From positions 1 to 64,000 of IMG/VR virus record IMGVR_UViG_3300042922_000643: a stretch of 64,000 nucleotides of DNA; one strand, given 5' to 3'. Of this stretch, positions 37,901 through 49,737 are shown piece after piece. Below the pieces are notes generated by a model. That model ran no database searches and had not been told where the DNA came from. It worked only from the letters and a program-made list of their open reading frames with translations. Within the stretch, counting starts at the first letter, position 1. The number at the start of each line of letters is the position of its first letter. Position numbers and translations under genes: made by a program.

Positions 37901-38345
37901 GCTTTCTGATGATCAGTGGAACATAAGAAAGAGGGAATACAAAGCAAGAATCTCTTCTATCATTATTCCACTGGACATTAACACAGGAGTTGCGCTGGGT
38001 TTGCTCTCACGGATCGACAGTTTCTTCTCTGAAGTCCGAGTTGAATTTGGCGAAGTAGAAGAACAAAAGGAAATCATCGAAGGTATTATTTATGAATGGG
38101 AACGCACAAAGATTGAGGGTACGAACGATATGATCCGCAAGAAAAGCGCTTCAGTTGCCATTCAGAATTACGAGATGGCAGGGGAGCTGATCAACCTCTA
38201 TGAGGTCCAGAGACAGGTCCGAAGTCGCCAGGCATATCTGAAGGGAGTACTCAGCTCTCTTGAAGGAAAACAGTCTCGATTGATCACCATTCTTGGCTTG
38301 TTGAAGATCGAAAATAATTTAACTCCTTTCTCAAAAAATGATTGA
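37887..38345 (+). CDS. Helical hypothetical protein
   Basis: Coupled ORF. Confidence 0.65.
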   Translation: MTVIELSDDQWNIRKREYKARISSIIIPLDINTGVALGLLSRIDSFFSEVRVEFGEVEEQKEIIEGIIYEWERTKIEGTNDMIRKKSASVAIQNYEMAGELINLYEVQRQVRSRQAYLKGVLSSLEGKQSRLITILGLLKIENNLTPFSKND

Positions 38346-38402
38346 TTTTATGAGGACAAGCGTTCTCTGGTTATGCTATAATTACCAACAAGGAGTCTTT
38401 CT

Positions 38403-39038
38403 ATGGAATACAAATGTAATGTAGAGATGCACAAAGTGTGTACAAATAGCGCTATATGTCATCTCTGTGACGGCGAGCGATTATTCAAAGACCCTGTTGC
38501 TGAACGTAAAGCAAAAGAAGAAGCTAAGATTCAGCGACAGGTGGAAAAAAGAAACGCTCCACATAAGGTACATTCCCGAGAGAAGAAAGAAGGTATGGGG
38601 TTTGAGAAACAGGTTGCTAAAAAGTGGAACAGCGCCTTTAGTCAGCAAAGAAAACCCATAACTGATAAGCCGCGTTTCCAGGTCGAAAGCGATGAAGCCC
38701 AACGACAGCCAAACTCAGGTGCAACCTGGAGAGCAAAGGGCGATATCAAACTTTACCATGCACTGATGGAATGCAAACAACGAGGAACACTCTCCAGCAA
38801 AGGGGAGAAACAAATTGCAATCATGAAGGACTGGCTAGACAAGCTGGAGATTGAAGCCTTTCAAGAGAATCGGGAATTCTGGTATCTACCTTTTGGTTTT
38901 AAAGGTAGCGATGACATCTACCTTGTCAAACCCTATGAGCATGAAATCCAGATGGTCTTGGAGCTTCGTCAAGCTAGAGAACGTATCGAAGAATTGGAAT
39001 CCCGAGTAGGAGGTGAAAATAATGGGAGTAATAACTGA
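38403..39038 (+). CDS. PD-(D/E)XK nuclease / Hjc-like resolvase with N-terminal Cys cluster
   Basis: FEKQVAK, PNSGA, GD...ECK, DWLDK. Confidence 0.7.
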   Translation: MEYKCNVEMHKVCTNSAICHLCDGERLFKDPVAERKAKEEAKIQRQVEKRNAPHKVHSREKKEGMGFEKQVAKKWNSAFSQQRKPITDKPRFQVESDEAQRQPNSGATWRAKGDIKLYHALMECKQRGTLSSKGEKQIAIMKDWLDKLEIEAFQENREFWYLPFGFKGSDDIYLVKPYEHEIQMVLELRQARERIEELESRVGGENNGSNN

Positions 39039-39696
39039 AGATTTCCATCGTTGTACTGAATGTGGTAATCCATATTTCGTTATAAACGAAGTAGTTCTCA
39101 TTAGTAAGGAATCTACCTATAGTGATCCTAAGGTCATTAAAAGAGTTTCCGAATATAAATGTAGCCAATGCGGAGCTGTCGAATACAAAGCACGAGAATA
39201 GTTTAGGAGGCCACATAATGTCAGACTTTTTACGTAACCCGCAGTTTCAACCTGACGAAGAAATGAAGAAATTCATTGAAGGACTCTTCGCTGAAGCACC
39301 AAAGAAACCTTCTAAACCAAAAGGTAAGATTTCACCGCCAGCACCAGAGAGCATGCCGACTTTAGAACTATCTATGGACTATGACGACGATCTTCCTCAG
39401 TTCGATATGGATCTAGCAACAAAGTATGCCAAAGAAGAGATGGAGAGTATTCGTGTTATCTATCTTGAGTTCCAAGATAAAATATCGGATATGGCAATCT
39501 ATCCTTATCTGTATCCAGGCATACAAGATCTGGGAGAGATTTGCAGAGACATGGACAGCATGATTGAAAACACCTTCGATACCGAAGAGCTCAGCTCTAT
39601 GGGCGAAGTTGACTATAAAAAAATGCTGAAGATTCGGGCTCGTATTCTAGCATCAGTATTTAACAAATACAAAGGTAAAAAATAGGGGGAATCGAA

Positions 39697-40014
39697 ATGA
39701 GTTCAGTCGTAGAAAGAGCAAAGTTGGTTCGGGCAAATGTCTTTGAGATCCTGTCTAAGTTTCCTGAAACAAGAGATAGTGATCGTCGGCTCCTCCTTCG
39801 GTATTGGAACCATGTTGACGGACTCCAATTCGATTTTACATTCCCTGAACAATTCGCAACTACTGGGACATCTGCTGAAAGTATTACCCGCGCCCGTAGG
39901 CAGATTCAGAAAGAAGGTCACTTCGTAGCTTCTCAAGAAGTTTTGGAGCGCCGAGAAGAAAGTCGTAGCGGAATGCGAGAATACTTTATCGGTTCTGAAG
40001 TATCCAGAGCTTAG
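39697..40014 (+). CDS. Paralog family C member 1
   Basis: PETRDSD..L...YW...ESITRARR. Confidence 0.7.
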   Translation: MSSVVERAKLVRANVFEILSKFPETRDSDRRLLLRYWNHVDGLQFDFTFPEQFATTGTSAESITRARRQIQKEGHFVASQEVLERREESRSGMREYFIGSEVSRA

Positions 40015-40019
40015 TCTTT

Positions 40020-40301
40020 ATGGCTGAGCAAGAGTTCAAAAGGGCAGATCAAAAAGCTGCCTACCTGATGGACGCAGCCCCGCAAACAAGACAGGACCAT
40101 TTGCTACTCATCCTAATGTACTGGCAGATATTCGACAATATTGATTTGCCTGACACAGTGGTAAAAGAAATTATAGAGAAAGCCACTGCACCCGAGACCA
40201 TTACACGTTCTAGGAGAAAGGTCACGGAAAAGTTAAGGTACAAACAATTGTTTGAACTTCAAAGGATGATAAGGGAACAGGTACAGGAAGAGGCTCCTTG
40301 A
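40020..40301 (+). CDS. Paralog family C member 2
   Basis: PQTRQDH..L...YW...ETITRSRR. Confidence 0.7.
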   Translation: MAEQEFKRADQKAAYLMDAAPQTRQDHLLLILMYWQIFDNIDLPDTVVKEIIEKATAPETITRSRRKVTEKLRYKQLFELQRMIREQVQEEAP

Positions 40302-40660
40302 AAAATTGAGGAGGACTTCTATTGTCTAGTGAAAATAAATCTTACGATTATAACAACCAATCCCGCGGTCATAAAACCAAAGGGGCTTCCTACAAGGAGC
40401 GTTATGTGAATGACGTCGTTTGTCCAAATCCAATCTGCGGTCACAACAAGGCATACAAGGATACATGGACAACACGCATCGTGTACACCTGCATGAAGCG
40501 GGACTGCCGTACCAAATGGTATGTAGCATTGACACAGGAAGAAATTCAGGCTAACAATGCGGCCAAAGAACAAGCTGCTTTGCTCGAAAAAGAAAACAAT
40601 CAGGAGATGGAGGGCTAAGCCCCTCTGGGCCCTGCTCTTTCTCGACAAAGGAGAGTTCAT

Positions 40661-41248
40661 ATGAAAGGCACATTAACAGTCATCACAGGTAGTATGTATG
40701 GTCGCAAGTCTCTTGATCTAATTGAAGAGATTAAGAGCTGGGAGTATCAAAGTATTCCATATGTTGCTTTCTCTCCTATCAAGTCTAGTATTACCTCAAG
40801 AGGATCAAACACATCGATTCCAGCAGTTCATATTGTTCGTCAACATGCTGCTATCATCTCTTACTATATTGGATCTTTAATTCAAAAAGGTCAACTGGTA
40901 AAAGCTGTCGCTATCGACGAGGTAAGTTTCTATGACGAAGGGATTGTGTCTGTTGTTGACATCCTACTGGAAGAGGGAATCGATGTTATTGTCGCAGGAC
41001 TAGACCTCGATTTTGCTAACCAGCCCTTTGGCTACATCGGCGATTTGATGACTATGGCTGTAGATGTACGAAAAAAATATAGCGTTTGCATGAAATGTAA
41101 GACAGCTCTAGCAACAAAAACTCAGAGGCTTCTGAATGGACAACCTGCACCACTGGATAGTCCATTAATAGTTGTCGAAAGTGAGACGGAGCAGTATACT
41201 TATGAATGCAGATGCAAAGACTGCTACGAACGGAGCACACTACTATGA
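40661..41248 (+). CDS. tdk: Thymidine kinase
   Basis: ITGSMYGRKS, AIDEV, VAGLDLDF..PFG, CMKC...CKDC Zn site. Confidence 0.9.
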   Translation: MKGTLTVITGSMYGRKSLDLIEEIKSWEYQSIPYVAFSPIKSSITSRGSNTSIPAVHIVRQHAAIISYYIGSLIQKGQLVKAVAIDEVSFYDEGIVSVVDILLEEGIDVIVAGLDLDFANQPFGYIGDLMTMAVDVRKKYSVCMKCKTALATKTQRLLNGQPAPLDSPLIVVESETEQYTYECRCKDCYERSTLL

Positions 41249-41599
41249 GTCGAGAAAAGGAGAAAGAAGTTGCGCAATCGACACGGCACTCTAAACAGCG
41301 TACGAAGGACAGGCTAGGCTTAAGCAAGAAACTCGCTGACAAAAAAGCTCAAGAAGCTCTTGATCATGGTCTACGCCATAAAGAACTTACGGGTGGGCTC
41401 AAAAAGTATATTACGTCTTTGTACTTCTATAATGAAACCGCAAATAACATTCGTGTATATCAACAGAAGGTATATATATTTAGAGACACGAAGTGTATTA
41501 CGATTCTAAATTTACCTCAGAACTTGTGTAATGTAGCTAATAAGTTACAAAAACGTAAAGATTCTTTGAGAAATAACGAAGCGATTTAACTATGAAGAG

Positions 41600-43441
41600 G
41601 TGGTCCCATTGTTCTCTGTTCGTCTGAAAGGCGATTTCTTAGATATTCGATTTGAAACTTACCTATCTCCTAGGGAATATGCACTCACCAGTCAGATTTT
41701 CGAGGGAATGAAGGGATCATTTTTTCACGAACCGACTAATTCTTGGCGCATACCGAAGGAATTTGTAGACGATATCAACGATGCGTTCACTGATAAAGTC
41801 GCATGGTATACTTCTATCAATGAAATCAAAGGGATTCGTGAAGTTATTTTACCTAAGTTCACCGTATATTCAGAAGGGCTGGAAGATTTAAAGCTCCAGC
41901 CTTATCCTTTTCAAGTGGTAGGTGCTAGCTTCTTCCATGATTTAATGCAGGGATTACTTGCTGATGAGATGGGATTAGGAAAAAGCTTACAGTCAATTGC
42001 AGCTACCCACCTTCTTTGGAAAGAAGGACATGTTCATAAAGCTTTGGTGATCTGTCCATCTTCATTAAAATATCAATGGGCAAACGAGATTGAAAAGTTT
42101 ACTGATCATAAAGCCGTTGTTATTGATGGCACACCATCAGGACGCAAGAAACAGCTTCTTCAGTGGTTTGAAGGAGATGAATTTCTTTTTGCAGTCATTA
42201 ACTATGAGCTTGTTCGTAATGACTTAGAGCTAATCAAAGCGATTCCTGTTGATGTCATTATTGCTGATGAAGTCCATAAGATTAAGAATCATCTGACAAA
42301 GACTAGCATAGCTTTAAAACAGTTACGATCCAAATATAAGTTTGGAATGACAGGCACTCCTGTACAGAACAAGCCCGAAGAATTATATAATATTATGGAT
42401 TTCTTGAATCCGACAATTCTTGGAAACTTCTGGGCATTTCGTAATCGATATGTCGTTACAGGAGAAAAGTTTGGTCAGAAGAACGTGGTCATTGGATACA
42501 AGAATCTTGATGAACTCCGTAAGCGTGTTTCACCTTACATGCTACGACGCATGAAAAAAGACGTAGCTCCTGAGCTTCCTGATATTACAATCAGTGACTA
42601 TCCTGTTGAGATGACATCCGAACAGAGACGTATCTCAGAGGCGATGTCAGAGGACTTACTTGAACTCCTTAAAGAGATTACCGAATGGAGGAAAAGCCAG
42701 CCAGCAGGAGCGCAGGACGGCTCTGACGGCGAGGTAAAGCATCCGAAGGAAGGTCAGCAGATGGGATACTTCACTATGATGCTTGAAGTTTGTGATTCAC
42801 CTCAGCTACTACTCATGAGTGATGCAAATATGCCCAAACGTTATGCTGAAGGTATTGATGCGTCTAATGTTAGAAGTCCTAAACTAGATGAGATCTATGA
42901 TCTTTGCACTGACCTTATTGATTCTGGCAATAATAAAATCATGATTTTTACACAGTTCACAAGTATGCAAAAGTTGGTTGTTGACCGTCTTAGTAAAATT
43001 GGAAAATGTGAGATCATCAATGGATCGATGAAGCCTTTCGAAAGACAAGCATCGTTGGACCGTCACAAGTATGATGAAGAAATAAACTTCCTTGTCTGTA
43101 CAGATGCTGCAAACTATGGTCTTAATGCTCAGCACTGTAGTGTTCTGATCCATGTGGATCAACCATGGAATCCTGCAACTTACGACCAGCGTAATGGACG
43201 TATCCATCGTATTGGTTCAGCATTTAAAGAGGTTAACATTATCAATTTGATTACCCGCGGCGGGATTGATGAGCGTATCCAGGAAGTACTCTATAAGAAA
43301 AGAGAATTCTCTAATCAGCTGGTTGAGAAAAACGCTGATGAACGCGCTGAATTAGGACGACTAAACAGCAATGTCATGAAGTCCTTGCTCAAGCAGCCTG
43401 CCAAACGGGGCAGAAAGAAAAAAGAAGAGGAGGTTGAGTGA
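41600..43441 (+). CDS. SNF2-family helicase
   Basis: LLADEMGLGKS, DEVH, TGTPVQN, MLRRMK, WNPA.YDQRNGRIHRIG. Confidence 0.95.
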   Translation: MVPLFSVRLKGDFLDIRFETYLSPREYALTSQIFEGMKGSFFHEPTNSWRIPKEFVDDINDAFTDKVAWYTSINEIKGIREVILPKFTVYSEGLEDLKLQPYPFQVVGASFFHDLMQGLLADEMGLGKSLQSIAATHLLWKEGHVHKALVICPSSLKYQWANEIEKFTDHKAVVIDGTPSGRKKQLLQWFEGDEFLFAVINYELVRNDLELIKAIPVDVIIADEVHKIKNHLTKTSIALKQLRSKYKFGMTGTPVQNKPEELYNIMDFLNPTILGNFWAFRNRYVVTGEKFGQKNVVIGYKNLDELRKRVSPYMLRRMKKDVAPELPDITISDYPVEMTSEQRRISEAMSEDLLELLKEITEWRKSQPAGAQDGSDGEVKHPKEGQQMGYFTMMLEVCDSPQLLLMSDANMPKRYAEGIDASNVRSPKLDEIYDLCTDLIDSGNNKIMIFTQFTSMQKLVVDRLSKIGKCEIINGSMKPFERQASLDRHKYDEEINFLVCTDAANYGLNAQHCSVLIHVDQPWNPATYDQRNGRIHRIGSAFKEVNIINLITRGGIDERIQEVLYKKREFSNQLVEKNADERAELGRLNSNVMKSLLKQPAKRGRKKKEEEVE

Positions 43442-44032
43442 TGTTTACATTCATTTTTGGAGTTGTAGTCGGCGCTTTTGGATATCGTTTCTTTGCAAAA
43501 AAATAGACTAGGAGGCGAAATGCTAGAACATTTGATTGGACACGTTCGTAGATGGCAAATTGGCAGCACTCATTTCAAAGAAAGAATTATTCGCATTGAA
43601 AAGGATGGTGCTGTCGCTGAGCTACAGGCTGTAGATCGAAGCAAGAATCGCTCCTCGATTACCATGATTAAACTTGATTACCGCGAACTTATAAGTCGCG
43701 GCTTGATTACTACTGAAGGGGACTGGCTATAAAGCGAGTCTCTTTCTCTTTACAAGGAGGGATAATATGGTACAATATCGAATATTAAAGGCTGTCACGG
43801 CGACTCAGGAATACATTGTAGAGGCAGATAGCCAGGCTGAAGCCGTTCATCTAGTATACTCCGACACTGTTAATCCCGTTTCTATAGAAATCGGGGGCCT
43901 AGATTACACTAGAGGTCTTGATTTAAGTGTTATTGACAGAGACCTGATGCTTGAAATTCTAGAGCATGGTTACATTTACACTGAAGGTATCCTAGAAGGA
44001 ATCACTTTGATCGAAGAAGTGGAGGAAAAGTA

Positions 44033-44644
44033 ATGTCTACCTCAAACACTCTGGCAATTTACGCTGGAGAAGAAGTCTCTCTAGAGCAATACATTATTAA
44101 TTGCTCCTATTCTTTTGGAGCTATGCGTGGTCTTGCGGGTTCTGATATTCCTCAAAAGTTTGAACCTAGCACATATCACCCTAGAGCCATAGAAAAAATC
44201 GAGAAAGAATTGGCGGAATTCCTTTCTAAAAGTAAAGACGAACACGAAGCTGATCGCCAAACCTCATATGAAGAAGATATATATGAGCTCGAAAAAACGA
44301 TAGCAGACAATGATTCAGCAAAGTCACGGTACGAAGCAATGATCGAAAAAGTTAAGGGTTGGACACCGCCGACTCCAGATCATGATAAGTTAAAAGAAGT
44401 AGCAATCAAAGAGCTCGAAGAAAGTATCGCATTCGATTGCAATAATAATTGGGTTGCTACAAACCTTAGCCAAATCAAAGAAAGATATGAAACGACTACA
44501 ACAGATCGGTGGATTGCAGAAAAAGTCGAAAGATTTAAAAGAGATATTGAATACCACGAAATAGCATACAAAGAAGAGATTCGGTTCACAGATGAAAGAA
44601 GCAAGTGGGTTCAGGCATTAATCAATAGCTTTACTAACAACTAG
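44033..44644 (+). CDS. Helical phage hypothetical protein
   Basis: 203-aa ORF; WTPPTPDHDKLK. Confidence 0.7.
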   Translation: MSTSNTLAIYAGEEVSLEQYIINCSYSFGAMRGLAGSDIPQKFEPSTYHPRAIEKIEKELAEFLSKSKDEHEADRQTSYEEDIYELEKTIADNDSAKSRYEAMIEKVKGWTPPTPDHDKLKEVAIKELEESIAFDCNNNWVATNLSQIKERYETTTTDRWIAEKVERFKRDIEYHEIAYKEEIRFTDERSKWVQALINSFTNN

Positions 44645-47276
44645 GGGAGCTGATATCATGAGTGAGTGTGCTCACGAAGGTGAAGCTCTTTTGATTGATA
44701 AGCAGGAGGGCTATGGCATCTATCTTTGTACATGCGGACAAAGTTTTATCCGATTGGATGAGGAGGAACAAAGTGATTGTTTCAATATGCTGTCAGGCCC
44801 AGACCCTAAAGGGAACTTATACTAGACTTATTAATGGAGCTTTGAAATTAACAGAAAGAGAAGAAGATATTACAATCTGCTGTTCATGTTGCAAGCCCTG
44901 TGAAACGATGATGAAGGAGGAAGATAAATATGTCTCAACCAGATTCAATGGTATTAAGATCCCAAAGTTCTATAAACGCGTACAGATCTAGTCATGTTCA
45001 TTACCTTCTTCGCCGAGCTGAAGGCCTTCGTAAACGGGCAGAAGCAATCGAAGCTGACGCCCTTAAGCTACTAGCTAATACTAAAAAAGAGGAGGAAGTT
45101 TAAGATGAAAGAACCAATCGTAAAAAGTAGAGAAGATCTTGTAGGACTTACAGGTAGTTATACTCGAACTTTTGAGATCATTGAAGCTAAAGAGTATGTA
45201 TATGAAAGCGGAAATCTTGGAGGTGTTGAAGTTCGTATCTCTGACGATATGGGTAACACTTTCTGGACGAGCTACGATAATGCTTTGAGTATGGACTAGG
45301 AGTGAAAAATATGAGACTGGAATCATTTAATCTTAACAACGATGTCTATATGAGGTTGACTCCTACAGGAAAAAAGATATTGAATACTCAGCCATATAAG
45401 TTAAGTGCTTGGAAAACGGATGATGAAGGATATATTCATATACCGCTTTGGGAAGTCATGAGGATTTTCGGCAAAGAAATGCGAATGGGAATGTCGGAAG
45501 TTCCTTTTGTCAATAATGAGATTATGATCGATACTGATAAGTTTGAAAGAGCTTCCCAAAGGGAGGCTCTTTACTTTAAGGAGGATGTATGATGAGGAAA
45601 TTTATTATTCCAGTTTTCTGGACAATGTCTAACGATTTGGAAATCGAAGCAGAAACTTTGGATGAGGCCATTATAAAAGCAAGAGAATGGACTAATATCC
45701 CTGAGCAGGGTTCTGAATATGTTGCTGATAGTTACACTGTAAATACTGAATGTGCAGAGATGCTAAATGATCCAAGTCCTGGCAATACTAAAGATAGTCG
45801 GCAAATTCTAAGAACTATCTATCGATACAGTGAAGATGTATTAATGCAAATGACTGATGAACAGTGCGAAGAGGAAGTATCCGCGAATCAAATGTACCCA
45901 GAAAACTGGTAAAATGAGGAGGATTCGTCATGGATAAAACAAAAGAACGATTATTGATCTATACTCAGGTCCGTAAACAACATCCAGAATATAATGATTA
46001 CCAAATGGCAAAAACTGTTGAAGATATCATGAGTATGATGGAGCAAGTTGAGGAGGTCAAAGAATATGGATCTTATATCTATGGCTCACTCGGAGAGTAC
46101 TAATTACGGGGGAGCAGGCATTAGTCGTTATATGCAGCAGTATATAGATGAAGGGCTTGAAGTTAGAAATCGAGCGATTGAAAATATTGTTCGTGGATAT
46201 TTGGAGGCTCTGGATATTGAATACGATAAAGAAAATATTCAGGAAATAAATCAGTTCCTTAGGGATAATGGATACTCTATTCTTGCTCGCGGAATTCCAT
46301 CTGAGAATCTTGGAGTCGAAAGAATGTTTATTGATCTTGTTCGTACGAAGAACACTGGACATTACGTAGAAAAGTTCACAGTTCAATCCAGGGTTGTTGA
46401 AGTTAGATATCTTTAAAGAAGGAACGAGGAGTTACCATGTCGATTACTTTATATGAACAACCGAAGGGAAAATGTTTACACTGCGGACACATAGGACGTA
46501 TAAATACTCTACAGATTAATGGGATAAGTGGAGGATCAATAATTAGTTTATGTGATCAGTGTAAAGGGATGGTGAGTAACTTGTTGACAAAAGATACAGA
46601 AGAAAAAGATATTAAAGAGCTATTGATAAATATGGGGATGGATTACATGGCAGCTTCATTATCTGCTTATGGTTTTATACCTACAGACAAGTTGCTTGAA
46701 GATACCTCTATTGAAGCTGTAAAATTAATGACGAAACATATTGATGACGCTGTTCGAGATATCGTGAATAAGATGAGGGGAGGATTACAGTGACTTGGGA
46801 AGAAGAAACTATAAAAACGATTCGTAATAGTGGTGCAATTTACAGATATTACGCGCACATTCTAGATGAAGTTTGTGAGGGTATTGAGCTGATGGCTGAC
46901 CATGAAGATGCGGAAGAGATGTTGTATTTCCTTGAGAAGAAGAAAGAATGGATGGAGAGCAATTCCTTCTCTGTCCACTACCTTTGGCTAAAAGGTATTC
47001 TAACTTACCTGCGTGATTCATATTTAGATAAGGAGGATATGGGATGATGAAAGAAGTCGGCTATGTTATTATATGGAGAGACACAAACAAGCAGGAACAT
47101 TCAGAATATATTCATATTAATCAGGCCGACGAGCTAGTGGCCAAGTATGAAGAAGCTCTGACAATGTGCGGGGAAGAACATATCTATATTTATCCCGTTA
47201 GTGATATCCTGTCTATGTGGCAAACCCGTAATTTAATTGTAGAACTCAAAAACAATACAGCAGGAGTGGAAGCTTA

Positions 47277-47594
47277 ATGGTTCAATTCAAAACAGGTGAA
47301 TGGGTTTATGGAATTATCGGGATGCGCAAAATGACAGGTTATCTTCTTGAGGTAGGCGAGACTCAGTCTCTCATGCGAATAACGCTGCCTGAGGAAGATA
47401 AGGATCTTTCCGTCATTGTGGAAACGAGGGATTTGATTCCTTCTGCATACACTGTGCATCCTGATGACATTCCGAATCTAATTGATCTTGCTCTAAGCAT
47501 GAAAGACAAAGAATGGTTTGACCAACTGACACATGAACTTAGCTTGTGGAAGAGCGCAACAGAATATTTTGGAGGAGGTGGAATTATTGGTTGA
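47277..47594 (+). CDS. IDEAL-domain protein
   Basis: LIDLALSMKDKEWFDQLTHEL. Confidence 0.8.
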   Translation: MVQFKTGEWVYGIIGMRKMTGYLLEVGETQSLMRITLPEEDKDLSVIVETRDLIPSAYTVHPDDIPNLIDLALSMKDKEWFDQLTHELSLWKSATEYFGGGGIIG

Positions 47595-47800
47595 GTCGAT
47601 CACTTATATGGTATGCTGGCACGACGAGACTGGTCAAAAAGAATGGGAGTCTATGACACCTCAAGAATTGTTTAATTTTTTGCAAGATAAGTTCATAGAG
47701 TATGGTCTTGCTATCGATGATGTATTTATTTATAACGAAGTTTCATATCAAGATCCAGCAGAGCTCTTTTTAAAGCTATTAAAAGAATGGGGAGAATAAT

Positions 47801-48700
47801 ATGCCAACAATGATTTTTAGCCACACCGATCTCGATGGAGTTGGTCCAATTGTGATTGCCAAAAAATATTTTGATGAAACTGTAGACTATAAGATGTGTA
47901 ACTATGATCGAATCGATGAAACGGTTCAGGAGTTTATTACTAGCGGCTCTTATATGAAATATGATAGAGTCATTATCACGGATATTTCGGTCAATAAAGA
48001 GACCGCTGGCCTTATTGATCACGTCACGAAAAATAACTGGCTCTTATTTGACCACCACCCGACGGCTCTTTGGCTCCATGACGCTTATTCTTGGGCGAAT
48101 GTGCGTGAGTATGAAGAAGATGGTGTTACCAAAACCTGTGGAACAAAGATGTTTTATGATTCCCTTGTAAGACACAATGAAATTATTGGTGGTGCTTCTG
48201 CATTCGTTTATCTGGTTCAGCAGTATGATACATGGGCCTGGAAAGAAACTAACAATCAGCAGGCTAAGAGATTGAACGATCTTTATTATCTGATTGGCCC
48301 TTCGAAGTTCATTGCTAGATTCTCTAATGAGATATCAACTACGCTTACCTATGAAGAAGAAACAATCCTTGATATCGAGAATGAAAAGATTGAAAAGTAT
48401 ATCAAGAAAAAGGCAGACGAAGTCTTAGCTCATAACATTGGAAAATATTCAGCGGGTGTTGTCTTTGCTGATCGTTACATTTCTGAGCTTGGTAATAAAC
48501 TTGCTGAAGCTTACCCTCAATTTGATTTCATTGCTATGGTAGATATGTCTAGTAAGAAGGTTAGCTACCGTACAGTTAGAGATGATATTAATGTTAGCGA
48601 GATTGCACAATATTATGGTGGCGGCGGACATCCAAAAGCTTCAGGCTCTCAGTTCAACCATAGACTGATTACACGTTTTCTAGACAATATATTTGAATAG
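47801..48700 (+). CDS. DHH/DHHA1 phosphoesterase (oligoribonuclease-like)
   Basis: SHTDLDG, ITDIS, FDHH, YDTW, GGGGHPKASG. Confidence 0.92.
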   Translation: MPTMIFSHTDLDGVGPIVIAKKYFDETVDYKMCNYDRIDETVQEFITSGSYMKYDRVIITDISVNKETAGLIDHVTKNNWLLFDHHPTALWLHDAYSWANVREYEEDGVTKTCGTKMFYDSLVRHNEIIGGASAFVYLVQQYDTWAWKETNNQQAKRLNDLYYLIGPSKFIARFSNEISTTLTYEEETILDIENEKIEKYIKKKADEVLAHNIGKYSAGVVFADRYISELGNKLAEAYPQFDFIAMVDMSSKKVSYRTVRDDINVSEIAQYYGGGGHPKASGSQFNHRLITRFLDNIFE

Positions 48701-49410
48701 GAGGATACTCTCATGGACGAATTATTAGAGCGCGTCAAGAAACTTGAATTCGTGGACACTTCTTTTTCTGGTGGAGAGGTTGAATACATGATGATTGAGA
48801 ATAGCATTGAGAATGTTGAGCTTCTTAGAGAGATTGGTATTCCCGAATTTGAAATCTGGTCATCTACAGATACTGATAGCGCAACGATTGATGTGGCTAT
48901 GTACATCTTTGACTTTTTATCAAGGTATAATATTACCCATTACCATACCAATCAAGGGTTTATGACTGAAAAAGAATATAGGTTGGTGACAGAAGATGAG
49001 TAGAGGTAGATATATGTTCATCGTTCAAACAGATAAGTATGCTGGAAACTTTGAACGTGAGATGTGTGCATATATGACAGGGCAATATGGCGAATGCGAA
49101 GTTGGCGATAGGGAAGCTGATGAGTTCACTGAAAGCGAAGGGGACGATCTCAAGAAATTGTTTGAGACTTTTATCCTTCAAGTTCCCGATGAACATGCAA
49201 TTGAGCGCCCTGTTGAAATTTCGAACATACATGATGATGGACACAAATCCTTTGCTATATTCTTCAGTAAAATACCACCTCGTAAGCTAGTAAAGATTAT
49301 GAAACATCGTGGTGATGAATATGCAGAGGAACATAATTTCAATGTATTAGGATACTCTCTGTATCTAGAGAGAAAAATAGTAGAAAGAATCGAATTGGAG
49401 CTGGATAAAG

Positions 49411-49662
49411 ATGAATAAATTTGTTTTCCGCGATGTGGAAGTTGAAGGTATCGCTGCTCGTATCCCAAAAAAAGACAGAGACCCTGAGTATTACTACTAT
49501 GAATTACGCCACGGAGATGAACCTCACCCGCCATTAACTATTGAACATGCTGTGATGGTGAATTTTTATGGAACTATCCGATCAGTTCTACCTATCCTTG
49601 TTGACGGAGAAGTTATTGATCTTACCGAAGACGAATCCTACGATATCGGATCAGAGATGTAA
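49411..49662 (+). CDS. LPD28-like domain protein
   Basis: YYYELRHGDE...TIEHAVMVNFYGTI. Confidence 0.65.
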   Translation: MNKFVFRDVEVEGIAARIPKKDRDPEYYYYELRHGDEPHPPLTIEHAVMVNFYGTIRSVLPILVDGEVIDLTEDESYDIGSEM

Positions 49663-49708
49663 AGGAGAAATAACAGGGAATGATAGAGTAATTACTTGAC
49701 CTGTAAAA

Positions 49709-49737
49709 GAAAAAGGCCCCTACTCGGGGGCCTCTTC
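49709..49737. terminator. Probable bidirectional terminator between convergent genes
   Basis: GGCCCC-TACTC-GGGGGCC hairpin preceded by an A-run. Confidence 0.6.

Noticed and set aside
40661-41248. Thymidine kinase inactive because the P-loop reads GSMYGRKS
   Set aside because: Lys-Ser, the DE motif and the Zn cysteines are retained; one substitution is not enough to call loss of function.
47801-48700. DHH protein C-terminus (NHRLITRFLDNIFE) as a twelfth tag
   Set aside because: Register does not fit: Asn at -14, Leu at -6.
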